From NCBI GenBank assembly GCA_044892525.1, contig CM097886.1:141112001-141176000 (forward strand): DNA of 64,000 nt, in the 5' to 3' direction. This document shows positions 37,401 to 45,348 of this stretch, one piece after another. The position numbers and the translations under genes were made by a program. Source of the DNA: Schmidtea polychroa (lineage: Eukaryota). Each line of letters begins with the position of its first letter. Position 1 is the stretch's first letter. The notes beneath the pieces are model-generated. The model searched no databases. It was not told the DNA's origin and worked only from the letters and a program-made list of their open reading frames with translations.

Positions 37401-40400
37401 AGTCTAAATCTGAGATGGCGAATATATCTTTATATTCTACCAACAATCGGTGCAATTTTTTCTTTTCGTCATTCGTCAACAACATACTATCTATTGTCCA
37501 TAATTCATCATCTTTGATCATCTCGTTGGTCACTTTCGGTAATTCTATGTCCATCATTGGGGTCAATCTTCCCAATTTTTCGTTCTCATAAATGATTTTG
37601 TCTTCCTCTTCGAAATTCGTGATGTTGAGCGGTATCACTCCTTCTTGGTTTATTGTGATTATTTCTCTCGCGAGTGGTAATTCTCGTCGCTTTTCGAATG
37701 ACTTGCTTGGTTCAAAGATAACTTCTCCTTCCATACCCGTATCCACTTTTATCTGACAAATCATCTGCGATTTTGCTGGTACTATTATTTTTTCTGGACA
37801 TCTGATGACTGCATTCATTTTGCATATTCTACCGGTTTTGTCTTTTAAACACATGGTTGTTAAGTCAATTACGACTTCCTTTAACAATTCTGGCATCAAA
37901 TCCGTTCCGATTATGCATGGTACGCTAAGTTTTGGTATTACTGCCAAATACGTTTCAATTTCGTTGTCCTGGTATCTCAATGTAGTCCACCATCTTCCGA
38001 CCACGTCCACTGTTTCTTTACTACATGCTATAATGTGAATTGTTGTTGATTCGATATCCTTCCAGTGTTTACTGGGGATTTGATTAATCGCTATCGCTGA
38101 TACATTAGCTCCGGTGTCTATCATAGCATTGGTTTCTTTACCATTGATTTGAATCATAACTGTTACTGCTGGACCTCCAGGTAAACTCATCGCTGCTATT
38201 GTTCTTACGTCATCTGCTTGATCTACACTTTTGGTACGTCGTGTTGGCATATAATGCATACCGGGTTGACTCGGTAATTGCGGATACATATTTTGTGTCA
38301 TGGTCAAAGCTGTTTGTGGTCCCACGATATCCGGTGGTATATAGCTTCCATTGGCGATCCAGGTGTTTGTCTTTTCCTTTTCCCAATATGGTGCCGTTTC
38401 CATTGGTTTTTCGTTTGGGTTTCTGTTTGGATAAAGACATTTATCGTTCCCGTTATCATCGTCGTCACTATCGCTGTTAGATGATTGGCTTCTAAATCGG
38501 TCCAAGAATTTTGGCTTATTCTTTTTCAATTGTCGTCTTGTCGCTTCATCGTACATTACTTTCCGGAATCGTCTGCCTACTTCCTCGTCGGTTCCTTTAA
38601 TCTTTGTTAATATTTTAATCAATCGCTTTATCCGATGAATGTCTTTTGAGTGGCCATGTAATACCATGGTCTTAGCTAAAAATGGTAAGAAGCCTACTAT
38701 CATTTTCCAATTAACTTTCTTTTCCCGCTTGTATATATCGAAACAAGCTAACATTTGTGTTAGTATTACTCTGACTATCTGAATTATGAGTATGATCCCT
38801 AATATCCCGGCCATCATTTGTCCAAAAACTAAGAATCTTCCCCACATTGCTTTCATCATGTTTGACGTAGCTTGTTGAAAATGGTCTGGCGATAATAGCA
38901 GCTCGTAATTCGGGCCTGATTGATAGTTTGTGCCCCCAGTTATTGTTACCATATTAGACAAAATGGATTCTCGTCTGGCTGGAAAGAGTACGTTAAGTCG
39001 TGCTGTTTCTAGATCTTCCGGGGAATACATACCACCGTTTGACACGTCTATAGGTTTGAAATCCAGCTCTGTGGCGAGTTCTATTAATCCAAATTTCTTG
39101 GGCTCCTCGGATATGGTTTTTCCCGGTAACATCATCCATTTCCCATCGGGCCTTTCATATAAAGGTCCGTATGCATTAGAACAGTTAAAGAGATTTGGGT
39201 AGAAACCCACTGGATTCATAATTCTAGTGACTGGTTGGACGAATCGATTTTGTCCTTTATAACGGATTTCTAATTCATTTGCACATCTCTTTTCGGGTAG
39301 TATGGATTTTTCTGGCATTCGTGCATACGTCTTGGTACACTGGTATGTGTACATCACTTCTCCTACCATTCTACCAAAGTGTCCATCTGGTAATGGGAGT
39401 GATGGCATCGTGTTATCTGGGTGCGTTATCGCAATAGCTAGCTTTGTTTTCAATATTTCTTTATTCAATGAACAATCGTTTTGTATCAGATCGTAATATA
39501 CTTTTTGCAAGGTCGTTTGTCCACGATGAAATAGAAAATCCATTTTATTATTTGCATATAAGTATAGTTTTACGTCCTCCGTTGCTATCTTTCCCACTGC
39601 TCTATCGATTATTTGTCTCGACATATAGATGCCTGCGTAATTGGTTTTATATACTATACTGTCACATTTGGTGGTTTCTTTCTCTTTGATAAACCTCATA
39701 CCTAGATCTGGATCGTCTGTGATTAATGCTGTTGGTGTCTTCTGCGTTGAAAGTCTCTTTTCTCTGGGAGATGGTGGCATTGGTTTTCCATTTCGCATCC
39801 TCACTCTGTCGTTTCCATCCTCGTCGTTCTCGTTCTCATATATTTCTCCTTTTACTTCATTGAACAAAGCACTTTTTAACAGTTGGAGTCGGCATTTTTG
39901 GGTATTAGCTTCATAGATTATAGTTGATACTCCTGTCCTACATACGTTTTCTGTAGCTCTACACGCTGGGTTGGTCTTCATTTGGTAATTATTTGCGTCA
40001 AATTGCGCTTCGTATTCTTTTAATTCGACCGTGTAAGACTCGATCACTACAACTCCCGATATTACCTCGCCTCGGATCGTATACGTACCTCCGTTACATG
40101 ACCCATCTGATGATTTTACTTTTCCGGATACGTAAACACTTTCGGTTTTAATCATTCCAGTTTGTCCGTGAATTGTCACTCCGTTATGCATTTTTAGCGC
40201 TCCGGTTCTAAATAGCTCTTTACAATCCTCTCGTTGTATTGATACGATTTCTTTATCCAGACCGGGTAGTATAAGAGTCGAATACGAATATTGTCCACAG
40301 TAATATGCGAGTACCTTTTTTGATACTACGCATTCCCTTGCTTGCGTTCTGATGAAATCTGATTCTTGATATACATGGTAAGTAACTTTTGTTCTCACGA

Positions 40401-43400
40401 TGTCCAATTTGTTGGGTGAGGCTTGTCTGCATTCTTCTATGTCTCTCAATGAGTATTTATCTCTCATTATCATGTTATCACAATCGTAGATGGTGAAACC
40501 TGTTGCTCCACTTGTGCACAACATCCATATCATCATAGTCATCATTAACGAATTTATTGATGCTTTTCTGCTTGCGGGATCTTTCATCGGTAGTTCCCAT
40601 TCTAGTTCATTTAACAATTTTTTCAATCTAACTTGCATCGACCTTTCTTGCTCATTTTTCCGTGGCGCTTGTATCAGTCTTTTCCATCCTCCTGCACGAA
40701 TAATGTGTGGTTCAATAGTATTCTCTATGATTGAAACGGTCATTTCTACATGATTTGCAAACTGTTTATTTGGTATTTTCCTCGCAGCTAGTCCCATCAA
40801 ATTATACATCAAATAAGTGATTACCACTAGGTGATGCTCGTCATCATTTGCATTTGTCGTGAGCTGCTCAATCACTCTCTTTGTTTCGTCCCAATCCGTT
40901 TTGGTGGTTTTCGTTTTCTCTTTGATTAACTTTGGGATTATCCCCGAAATGGTGTGCCATAATTGTCTAGCTTCCGTACTGGCTACTTTCCGTTGCCACA
41001 AACGTCTAAGTTGTGGGTTTGTTATTATTAACATATCTTTTAACAATTCTCGTATCCATTTTTCTCCTCTTTCGATCGTTGGTTGGGCTTCCTTTAGATC
41101 CCATACTATTTTATCCAATTTTTCTAATCGAACTTGCCCTTGTTCTTGCTTTAATTGTTCTTTGGTTTTGAACTCAGACTTTTCTCCTTGTTTCTTGGGT
41201 CTTCCTTTTGCCCGTTTTTCCATCATCGTTCCTGCTTCTCTGGTATTTTCGTAATTCGGATTTCTTTCGTTATCCGTTCTGGGTAATGAGCTATCGTTAT
41301 TTCTTAGCCACTCATTCCATTCGTCTATTATTTTGTCGGTTTGACTTTCTGGTGTTACTTTCGTTGGTTCTCTTTGCTTCTGGAATTGTTCATCCGTTTC
41401 GGTTTCCGTAGTATTGTCGATGATTTCTTTGATGTTTAGTTTCGTGGGTTGTTGATAACTCGTTGATGGCTGGTTGTTAGTCCACATTTCGGCTCCTGTC
41501 GGCCATCTTACTAATAGCGGTGATCTTTCTCCTGATTCATCGTCACTATCTTCCAGGATTATCTCTTCAACTTCTTCAGTTTCATTAGATTTACTTGGTG
41601 CTTTGTTCGGACTTGGAGTACTCAAACTGCCTTTTGTTGGTTTAATAATTTTACTTTTCCTTTTTAACGGTTTTCCCAACGTTTCTGCCATTGTTAATAC
41701 ATTTGTCTCTTCCAATCTCATGGGTGTTATCCCGACGTCTGCATTATCGTCTAGTGATTTTCCGAACAGTTGCAGATGGAATGGAGTTTCATATGCTAAT
41801 TTCTTTTTTAATTCTCTAATTTTTGTTGTTGGATGCACCTCTAGTTCCTCGATGCTCTTGTCCGGATACTTGATTCGGATGTGATACCTCTCCTGGGTGT
41901 CTTGTGCCCATTCCTGATTTCTCCATTTTCGAATAATTTGTTCTAGCTGTTCTGGATACCATTCATTATATTGCCGGTATTCCTCTATTGCCTTTGCCAT
42001 TCCTCTCAGATTGTGGATATTCTCTGATGTCTTTAAGATGATGTTAGCCAACGCTACTACTTGGCGTTTTTGATTTTTCGCTCCCATTGCTAAGATATCG
42101 CCTAATTGTTTATACCTTTCTGTCTCTTCTCGTTCTCTTGCTTCCGTCGCTTCCTCGCCGTCCATATCAGCATATTCCCGTTCCTTTTTCCTCATTGCAT
42201 GAATATGTCTCGCTTCATTTTCGCTTTCTGATGTGACATCCGTCTCGCTTTCGTCATCTGATGTCTGTCCCCTTGCTTCCTCTTCATATTCTGGGGGTTC
42301 CTCTTCTTCTTCCTCCGATTCACTTTCTGTCTCACCGATGTCTGTTTCTACGAAGGTTCCTTTCCGGATTTCCCATTCCTTACTTTCTGCATTCCACACT
42401 CTTTCCCATGGGGTTCGTCTGCAAGATCTGGTATTTAATTTCGTGATTTTTCCTTGTAGCTCTTTTTCTTTTAACCATTGTTGGTGGATTTCAATTATTT
42501 CTGTAGATTTTCGATATAACGTTTTCATCCGGTCTCGTATTTCTTTTTGATATGTTACATCTCTTGTTCGGAATTCATCCATTGGTACTATCCTGATTAT
42601 CTGATGATTGTCCCACATACCCATTTCGCTTAACGAGGTGTCGTCCTCCGTTCGTAATATTATCTTATCGTACATCATGACTACATCATCCACCATACCA
42701 TCACTACTTTCGCTACGTACCTTTTCCGTTATCTCTTGGTTTATTTTTGATACCAAGTCATCCACTGTACTCTGATTGCTCATTTTTATTCGTCGTTTTT
42801 CTTCGTTCGGTAACCATATGGTTATTTCTAACCTCTGTGGCTGGGTTTCTTTTAACCTTCCATATTTGTGGATCAAATTTATGGTTCTCCAATCACTCAT
42901 TCGGAGCATTTCTGTATCTCGCAACCGGCTCATTAGTTCGTACATGGCTGGGGCTCGTCTGGTGATGAGTAAATCCCAGTTGTCTTCTACTTGTTCTTGA
43001 ATTTGTTTGATCAGCTTATCCAGGTTTCGTCTCAGAGTACATTGTTTTATTTGTTCTAATTTCAATTTGATATTAAAATCATATTCTGCCTTGGCATCTT
43101 TAGCCCAATCGTAAAGGTTGGCTGGTTGTTTTTCTTTATGCAACTTCAGTATTTGCGTTTCTCCTGGCCATATTAGTGCATCTACTAAGTGCATATCTGG
43201 TTTGATCTGTTCTCCTTGGTATTGATACAGATATTCTTTCTTTCTCGACCTTCCCAAATGTTCTCGTATCCAATCGAAAAGTTCGTCGGTGACTGTATTT
43301 TTTATCCACATTCTTTCAAGTCCTCTACTCGTTCCAATTTTTATTACATACCGCGTGGTATCGGCCTGCTTCATTTTTTCCATATAATTTTTTATACTTG

Positions 43401-45348
43401 ATTTCTCCTCGTTTGGTATTAGATCTTTCTCGTTTCTTTCCAATTTCATCACTTTTTGCACGAATCGCCTGAATGGTATTACGTCGATGAACTCTTGGTT
43501 CCTCACTACTACTGGGAGTATTTCGGCTACCTGTTTTATCGCTTCCTCCCTTGCTTTTCTCAACTTTATTTCGATATCTTCGTCTTCACTTTCACTGGTT
43601 ATCTCGTTTCCGCTTTCTTCCTCTTTGATTTCCCCTTTTGGGGGTTCGCTTATTTCATTCGGCTGTAGTATTTCTCCACCCAAACTACTTACATAATCTT
43701 CTTCTTCGTCTGACGATGCTACATCTTTTGTCCTTTTCATCATATTGATTTGCAAGTTTCTCATCCTTGGTACTTTCTTTAGTTTCTTTCTTTCGAATAT
43801 TGTTGTTTCTTCTGGTTCTGATTCTTGTAGCATTTGGTGGTTTAGTTGACTGGTTTGTTCCTTGCTCTTGTTATTTTCATCTTCTGTCTCGGTTTTCGCT
43901 TTATTATGTTCTTTTTCGATTTTATCCTTCATCTTTTTCCAGAATATTTTCTGAATTCTCTGGTTTCCTTTTAAAATCGTGGTTGAATTCTCTGTTTTCA
44001 TTTCCGTTGTTATTTCTTTTACCTTTTCTGGTTCAGTCATGGGTACTACCCTTGGGCTTTTCCCGTAATTGTAGCAATACTGGCTCTTCATGTCTTTTAC
44101 TAACCTCATCATATTTATTCGCAATGGTTGTTCTTGTCGTTGTTGGTTGCGTTCTTGTTTTATCCTCTCTTCCTCGGCCTGTAGCCTTTGCCCTTCTTGT
44201 ACATGTTGATGCACTTCATAATTGTTGAGATTTTCGGTACTCCTCATCATACGTATATTCTGGGTTTGTTGTGGTGCTGATTCTTGTCTTGGTCTCATCA
44301 TTTGCTGCATCATCTGTTTCATCTGCGAAATTTCCTGCATAACGTTCATTTGTTTTCCTTCGTTAGGGTTACTTTGTCGTTGCGGATTCGCTATATAATT
44401 ATTATTTCGCTGTGGTGGTCGTTGTTGTTGGCCCCTTTCTCGGCAATCTCTGGAGATGTGACCTGGCTGACCACAGTTAAAACAGCCTCGCAATTGGCAT
44501 ACATTTTCGGTATGTCCACGCCGTCCGCAACGATTACAATTTGAATTTCTATAACAATCTCTGTCCCAGTGTCCTGGTTTACCGCATGTTCGGCACTGCT
44601 TGTTATCGTTCATATTTCGCCGATTATTGAAATTGTTCTCATTATTCGGGTTGTTACGATTACCATTATTCCCGTTTGATCGTCCTTGTGGTGGTTTGAA
44701 AATTTGGTGCGCTCCTGGTATAAATTGATTCATTTTCGGTTCTTGATTGTTGTTATCTCCGTTATCCGCTTTCGCTATTGCTGTCGCTATCCTTCCCTCC
44801 TCTTGCATAATATTCATTTGAGCTGGAAGGTGGAGCTCGCATCTCGTAGCCCAATCTATGGCTTCCTCTAATGTTTTGCACATTTGACAACCTACTGAGG
44901 CTCTTACTTCTTCTCGGCGTAATCCCTCTATGAAATAACCAATCAGATTTTCTTCGGGTAATTTTCCATTCATTGCTTTCTTCGCTAATCTCCGCAATTC
45001 ACTGGCATATAATGTTATCGATTCGTTTGCTCTTTGTTTCCTATTTGCTAGTTCGCCCAACGCCTGGTTGATTGGCTTACTGGCTCCGAAGGTTTTCTTC
45101 AGGAATGTTTTAATATCTTCCCACTTTTCTAATTTCGTGTCTCTCTCTTTAGCTTCTAAATATACCTCTAATGCACTATCGCACAAAAACAACGGCATCC
45201 TTTTACTAATTGCTTCGGGTGTCCATCCACACACAGTGATATAAACTTCAAAATTAGTTATGAACGTTGCTAGCTTGTTTGCATTTCCGTTGAACGGTTC
45301 TCCTCTGAACTTCTCTTTATACTCGTCGGTTTTTACGACATTCGTCAT
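31495..45348 (-). CDS. 4617-aa Gag-Env-Pol-ankyrin polyprotein
   Basis: Single ORF containing Gag CA and three CCHC knuckles, UBL-like and Bcl-2-like segments, a glycoprotein, protease (IDTGA), RT (PFGL, YIDD), RNase H (TDAS, EREA, TDH), integrase (HHCC, DDE, GPY), ankyrin repeats and a TM. Confidence 0.97.
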   Translation of the reverse strand: MTNVVKTDEYKEKFRGEPFNGNANKLATFITNFEVYITVCGWTPEAISKRMPLFLCDSALEVYLEAKERDTKLEKWEDIKTFLKKTFGASKPINQALGELANRKQRANESITLYASELRRLAKKAMNGKLPEENLIGYFIEGLRREEVRASVGCQMCKTLEEAIDWATRCELHLPAQMNIMQEEGRIATAIAKADNGDNNNQEPKMNQFIPGAHQIFKPPQGRSNGNNGNRNNPNNENNFNNRRNMNDNKQCRTCGKPGHWDRDCYRNSNCNRCGRRGHTENVCQLRGCFNCGQPGHISRDCRERGQQQRPPQRNNNYIANPQRQSNPNEGKQMNVMQEISQMKQMMQQMMRPRQESAPQQTQNIRMMRSTENLNNYEVHQHVQEGQRLQAEEERIKQERNQQRQEQPLRINMMRLVKDMKSQYCYNYGKSPRVVPMTEPEKVKEITTEMKTENSTTILKGNQRIQKIFWKKMKDKIEKEHNKAKTETEDENNKSKEQTSQLNHQMLQESEPEETTIFERKKLKKVPRMRNLQINMMKRTKDVASSDEEEDYVSSLGGEILQPNEISEPPKGEIKEEESGNEITSESEDEDIEIKLRKAREEAIKQVAEILPVVVRNQEFIDVIPFRRFVQKVMKLERNEKDLIPNEEKSSIKNYMEKMKQADTTRYVIKIGTSRGLERMWIKNTVTDELFDWIREHLGRSRKKEYLYQYQGEQIKPDMHLVDALIWPGETQILKLHKEKQPANLYDWAKDAKAEYDFNIKLKLEQIKQCTLRRNLDKLIKQIQEQVEDNWDLLITRRAPAMYELMSRLRDTEMLRMSDWRTINLIHKYGRLKETQPQRLEITIWLPNEEKRRIKMSNQSTVDDLVSKINQEITEKVRSESSDGMVDDVVMMYDKIILRTEDDTSLSEMGMWDNHQIIRIVPMDEFRTRDVTYQKEIRDRMKTLYRKSTEIIEIHQQWLKEKELQGKITKLNTRSCRRTPWERVWNAESKEWEIRKGTFVETDIGETESESEEEEEEPPEYEEEARGQTSDDESETDVTSESENEARHIHAMRKKEREYADMDGEEATEAREREETERYKQLGDILAMGAKNQKRQVVALANIILKTSENIHNLRGMAKAIEEYRQYNEWYPEQLEQIIRKWRNQEWAQDTQERYHIRIKYPDKSIEELEVHPTTKIRELKKKLAYETPFHLQLFGKSLDDNADVGITPMRLEETNVLTMAETLGKPLKRKSKIIKPTKGSLSTPSPNKAPSKSNETEEVEEIILEDSDDESGERSPLLVRWPTGAEMWTNNQPSTSYQQPTKLNIKEIIDNTTETETDEQFQKQREPTKVTPESQTDKIIDEWNEWLRNNDSSLPRTDNERNPNYENTREAGTMMEKRAKGRPKKQGEKSEFKTKEQLKQEQGQVRLEKLDKIVWDLKEAQPTIERGEKWIRELLKDMLIITNPQLRRLWQRKVASTEARQLWHTISGIIPKLIKEKTKTTKTDWDETKRVIEQLTTNANDDEHHLVVITYLMYNLMGLAARKIPNKQFANHVEMTVSIIENTIEPHIIRAGGWKRLIQAPRKNEQERSMQVRLKKLLNELEWELPMKDPASRKASINSLMMTMMIWMLCTSGATGFTIYDCDNMIMRDKYSLRDIEECRQASPNKLDIVRTKVTYHVYQESDFIRTQARECVVSKKVLAYYCGQYSYSTLILPGLDKEIVSIQREDCKELFRTGALKMHNGVTIHGQTGMIKTESVYVSGKVKSSDGSCNGGTYTIRGEVISGVVVIESYTVELKEYEAQFDANNYQMKTNPACRATENVCRTGVSTIIYEANTQKCRLQLLKSALFNEVKGEIYENENDEDGNDRVRMRNGKPMPPSPREKRLSTQKTPTALITDDPDLGMRFIKEKETTKCDSIVYKTNYAGIYMSRQIIDRAVGKIATEDVKLYLYANNKMDFLFHRGQTTLQKVYYDLIQNDCSLNKEILKTKLAIAITHPDNTMPSLPLPDGHFGRMVGEVMYTYQCTKTYARMPEKSILPEKRCANELEIRYKGQNRFVQPVTRIMNPVGFYPNLFNCSNAYGPLYERPDGKWMMLPGKTISEEPKKFGLIELATELDFKPIDVSNGGMYSPEDLETARLNVLFPARRESILSNMVTITGGTNYQSGPNYELLLSPDHFQQATSNMMKAMWGRFLVFGQMMAGILGIILIIQIVRVILTQMLACFDIYKREKKVNWKMIVGFLPFLAKTMVLHGHSKDIHRIKRLIKILTKIKGTDEEVGRRFRKVMYDEATRRQLKKNKPKFLDRFRSQSSNSDSDDDDNGNDKCLYPNRNPNEKPMETAPYWEKEKTNTWIANGSYIPPDIVGPQTALTMTQNMYPQLPSQPGMHYMPTRRTKSVDQADDVRTIAAMSLPGGPAVTVMIQINGKETNAMIDTGANVSAIAINQIPSKHWKDIESTTIHIIACSKETVDVVGRWWTTLRYQDNEIETYLAVIPKLSVPCIIGTDLMPELLKEVVIDLTTMCLKDKTGRICKMNAVIRCPEKIIVPAKSQMICQIKVDTGMEGEVIFEPSKSFEKRRELPLAREIITINQEGVIPLNITNFEEEDKIIYENEKLGRLTPMMDIELPKVTNEMIKDDELWTIDSMLLTNDEKKKLHRLLVEYKDIFAISDLDLGTCDVTLHAIPLIDETPIALRPYKLAEMQKEIAETEVQKMLDAKVIEPSCSPWQFPVVMVKKKDGTQRFCIDYRKLNAVTKRDTYPLPDINEMLLMLQGAAYFTSLDLKSGYWQIKVKDEDKEKTAFTLGRDLYQFRKMPFGLTNAPASFQRCMNFVTHGIKQCMVYIDDLLIYSATFEQHLEDIRNVFIRLRQWKLKLKPSKCDWAKEKVTFLGHIVSAKGKEPDPRNIEKIKTCPAPKTVTQVQEFLGLCGYYRKFIKNYAGIAKPIQELVKKDISFIWEKEQQQAFETLRDKLIEAPILVHPDFKKPFLLATDASGYAAGAILGQLDDEGKERVIGYYSRTFKKHEKNYSVTEREALAIIQAIKHFRYLLWGHEICITTDHQPLVWLGQHKEASSRLMRWAMQLQEYSPFIKFKAGRANANADCMSRFIFPDLVDSEMQRICLIVAEDLDFCQLRKDQQEDAELKQIIDYVKTGKTDVYAKDQKLKEHMDKHRHRYIIEKDWLLIMDGEKRLMCIPENRRKELLTQYHDGRLGGHMSSKKTLARMKQKYFWPTLTEDVTEWVKNCLTCATRKNTGSKWKAPLTPMPVPIEPMTMISMDVVGPLPESDKGNVYILVITDFLTKFPEAFAMPDQKAKTIAKILVEEICCRYGTPKQILTDQGTNFMSEIMSEVTNYFKIAKLRTSPYHPQTNGMTERFNGTLIQMLSNYVDRHQRDWDEYINLCLMAYRMSIHASTKMSPFKLMYGRECNMPMDLEYQPPISQYMEIDDYVTKFKERMQEIWETAGLNIKFYQESYKDLHDRKKNVKQHTFQTGDWVMIETPELIPGTTKKLQRNGKGPYEILFVGETNVRVKLVNNPFTRPIYVNVARCKSIPKTATSQPEGRTLTTRSQTYRMNMMQQLAEPITGRLGIQPSEAEKIVKEVKIKIPGWAKDRLDFEILGGLLTMIENYANRERTHPLLRVVKSQWPILFTITDHYGDTPLHKLMKVGNNEQILETIEAFHDCKRSTEQTNNQGYTPLMIAANRGKTKDIITALLDTGSKITTQDHERKNALHHAIEGRSTEAFTSLMELLSYEDNREVGNMYDGLLTAIKEKLTTITGILITWRNPIRNDYMINVNEAFTRGENTLMREAMKGHQLFEIPNQLLERGIKFTNHKDEQLAKKRIDTFEKSLFQFTNQVRNKYWETVSVLYMMDTMNNIRENYLNIIQILTAEERINNPNGKKTKIRYEKSRESKSTTNQTVTNNVIETKSMSIDQEAIIRKAKEVFFEEMLELPDEIILSKIIKTVHTYARDQTTDLDIGKIKTFLPRAFTMVTKDSRTPLQQAILAAKENRAITIVRILGEMGEETNTKNEQGETAMMYAAITKIHPKTLHILHQSGSKLDEKSNEGNSTLDWATIQPNLEMIRFICKNATKEEVENMCKNTSQFQWNTVRKNLEAMKLLLTWRVPQNNKYAINVNEFYENGENAMVKNTLTKGGTPKIILIVLNREDLKFTQNQNEQQRIGKHRRMQLRELVKEWNRKRHAATGRKEFEFEAKLARNRVLTAYRRLLNDINVEDDILNDSGGDKHDDNNGKGRKEDKEKREQEEGKPENKDSDTKREGNSPGTKTKEEEKPNNGKQRVCLPFTNKEIETNMILMIIMLTMIELVTAHGGTRTIKETKEAENQDSKEDELKQEKKKQAQEQQWDLKEEWDLKERCILGRCMSRAYQKLVLINEDTEPITEVRIQEAYRNRDGKRITNVKGKEVHLGKGGEVAITQLQPRKEHKVCISRLGPGERCHQYVTQQQPPKEYTVCIWRNESKRECRRYPGKRGKKRKNHDEKNEGGKHKKTGEEAQDNYVSEEEMEKIQKMAKEGMNEEIARIREMMKGNGKRGNEKSTEAISTLTNKEKPESISVKQMMWISGIIITGAFLIITGGTIKIIKDKRHRGELEMTRIRNFQHRVKRPSDIKQEQWVEAWNVQRPPNSRI
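33165..34480 (-). other. Ankyrin-repeat region of the polyprotein (two clusters)
   Basis: GDTPLHK, GYTPLMIAA, KNALHHAI; RTPLQQAI, GETAMMYAA, GNSTLDWAT. Confidence 0.85.
34810..38160 (-). other. pol: Pol region: aspartic protease, RT, RNase H, integrase
   Basis: DTG at about 38115, YIDD at about 36895, TDASG at about 36450, H-H-C-C zinc finger at about 35690-35810, D-D-E core and GPY at about 34880. Gypsy domain order. Confidence 0.97.
38640..40560 (-). other. env: Envelope glycoprotein domain (chuvirus/gB-like, class III fusogen type)
   Basis: Signal-like LMMTMMIWMLCTSGATG followed by FTIYDC, YSLRDIEEC, ECVVSKKVLAYYCG, DCKELF, DGSCNGGTY, and C-terminal FGQMMAGILGIILIIQIVRVIL. The Cys spacing resembles chuvirus-like glycoproteins known from invertebrate retroelements. 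Confidence 0.8.
44443..45310 (-). other. gag: Gag capsid-like domain and three CCHC zinc knuckles
   Basis: LFLCDSALEVY...RKQRANESITLYASELRRLA...YFIEGL; CRTCGKPGHWDRDC, CNRCGRRGHTENVC, CFNCGQPGHISRDC. Confidence 0.95.

Noticed and set aside
41685-43360. Polyubiquitin-like cleavable fusions processed by host DUBs
   Set aside because: None of the UBL-like segments ends in Gly-Gly.
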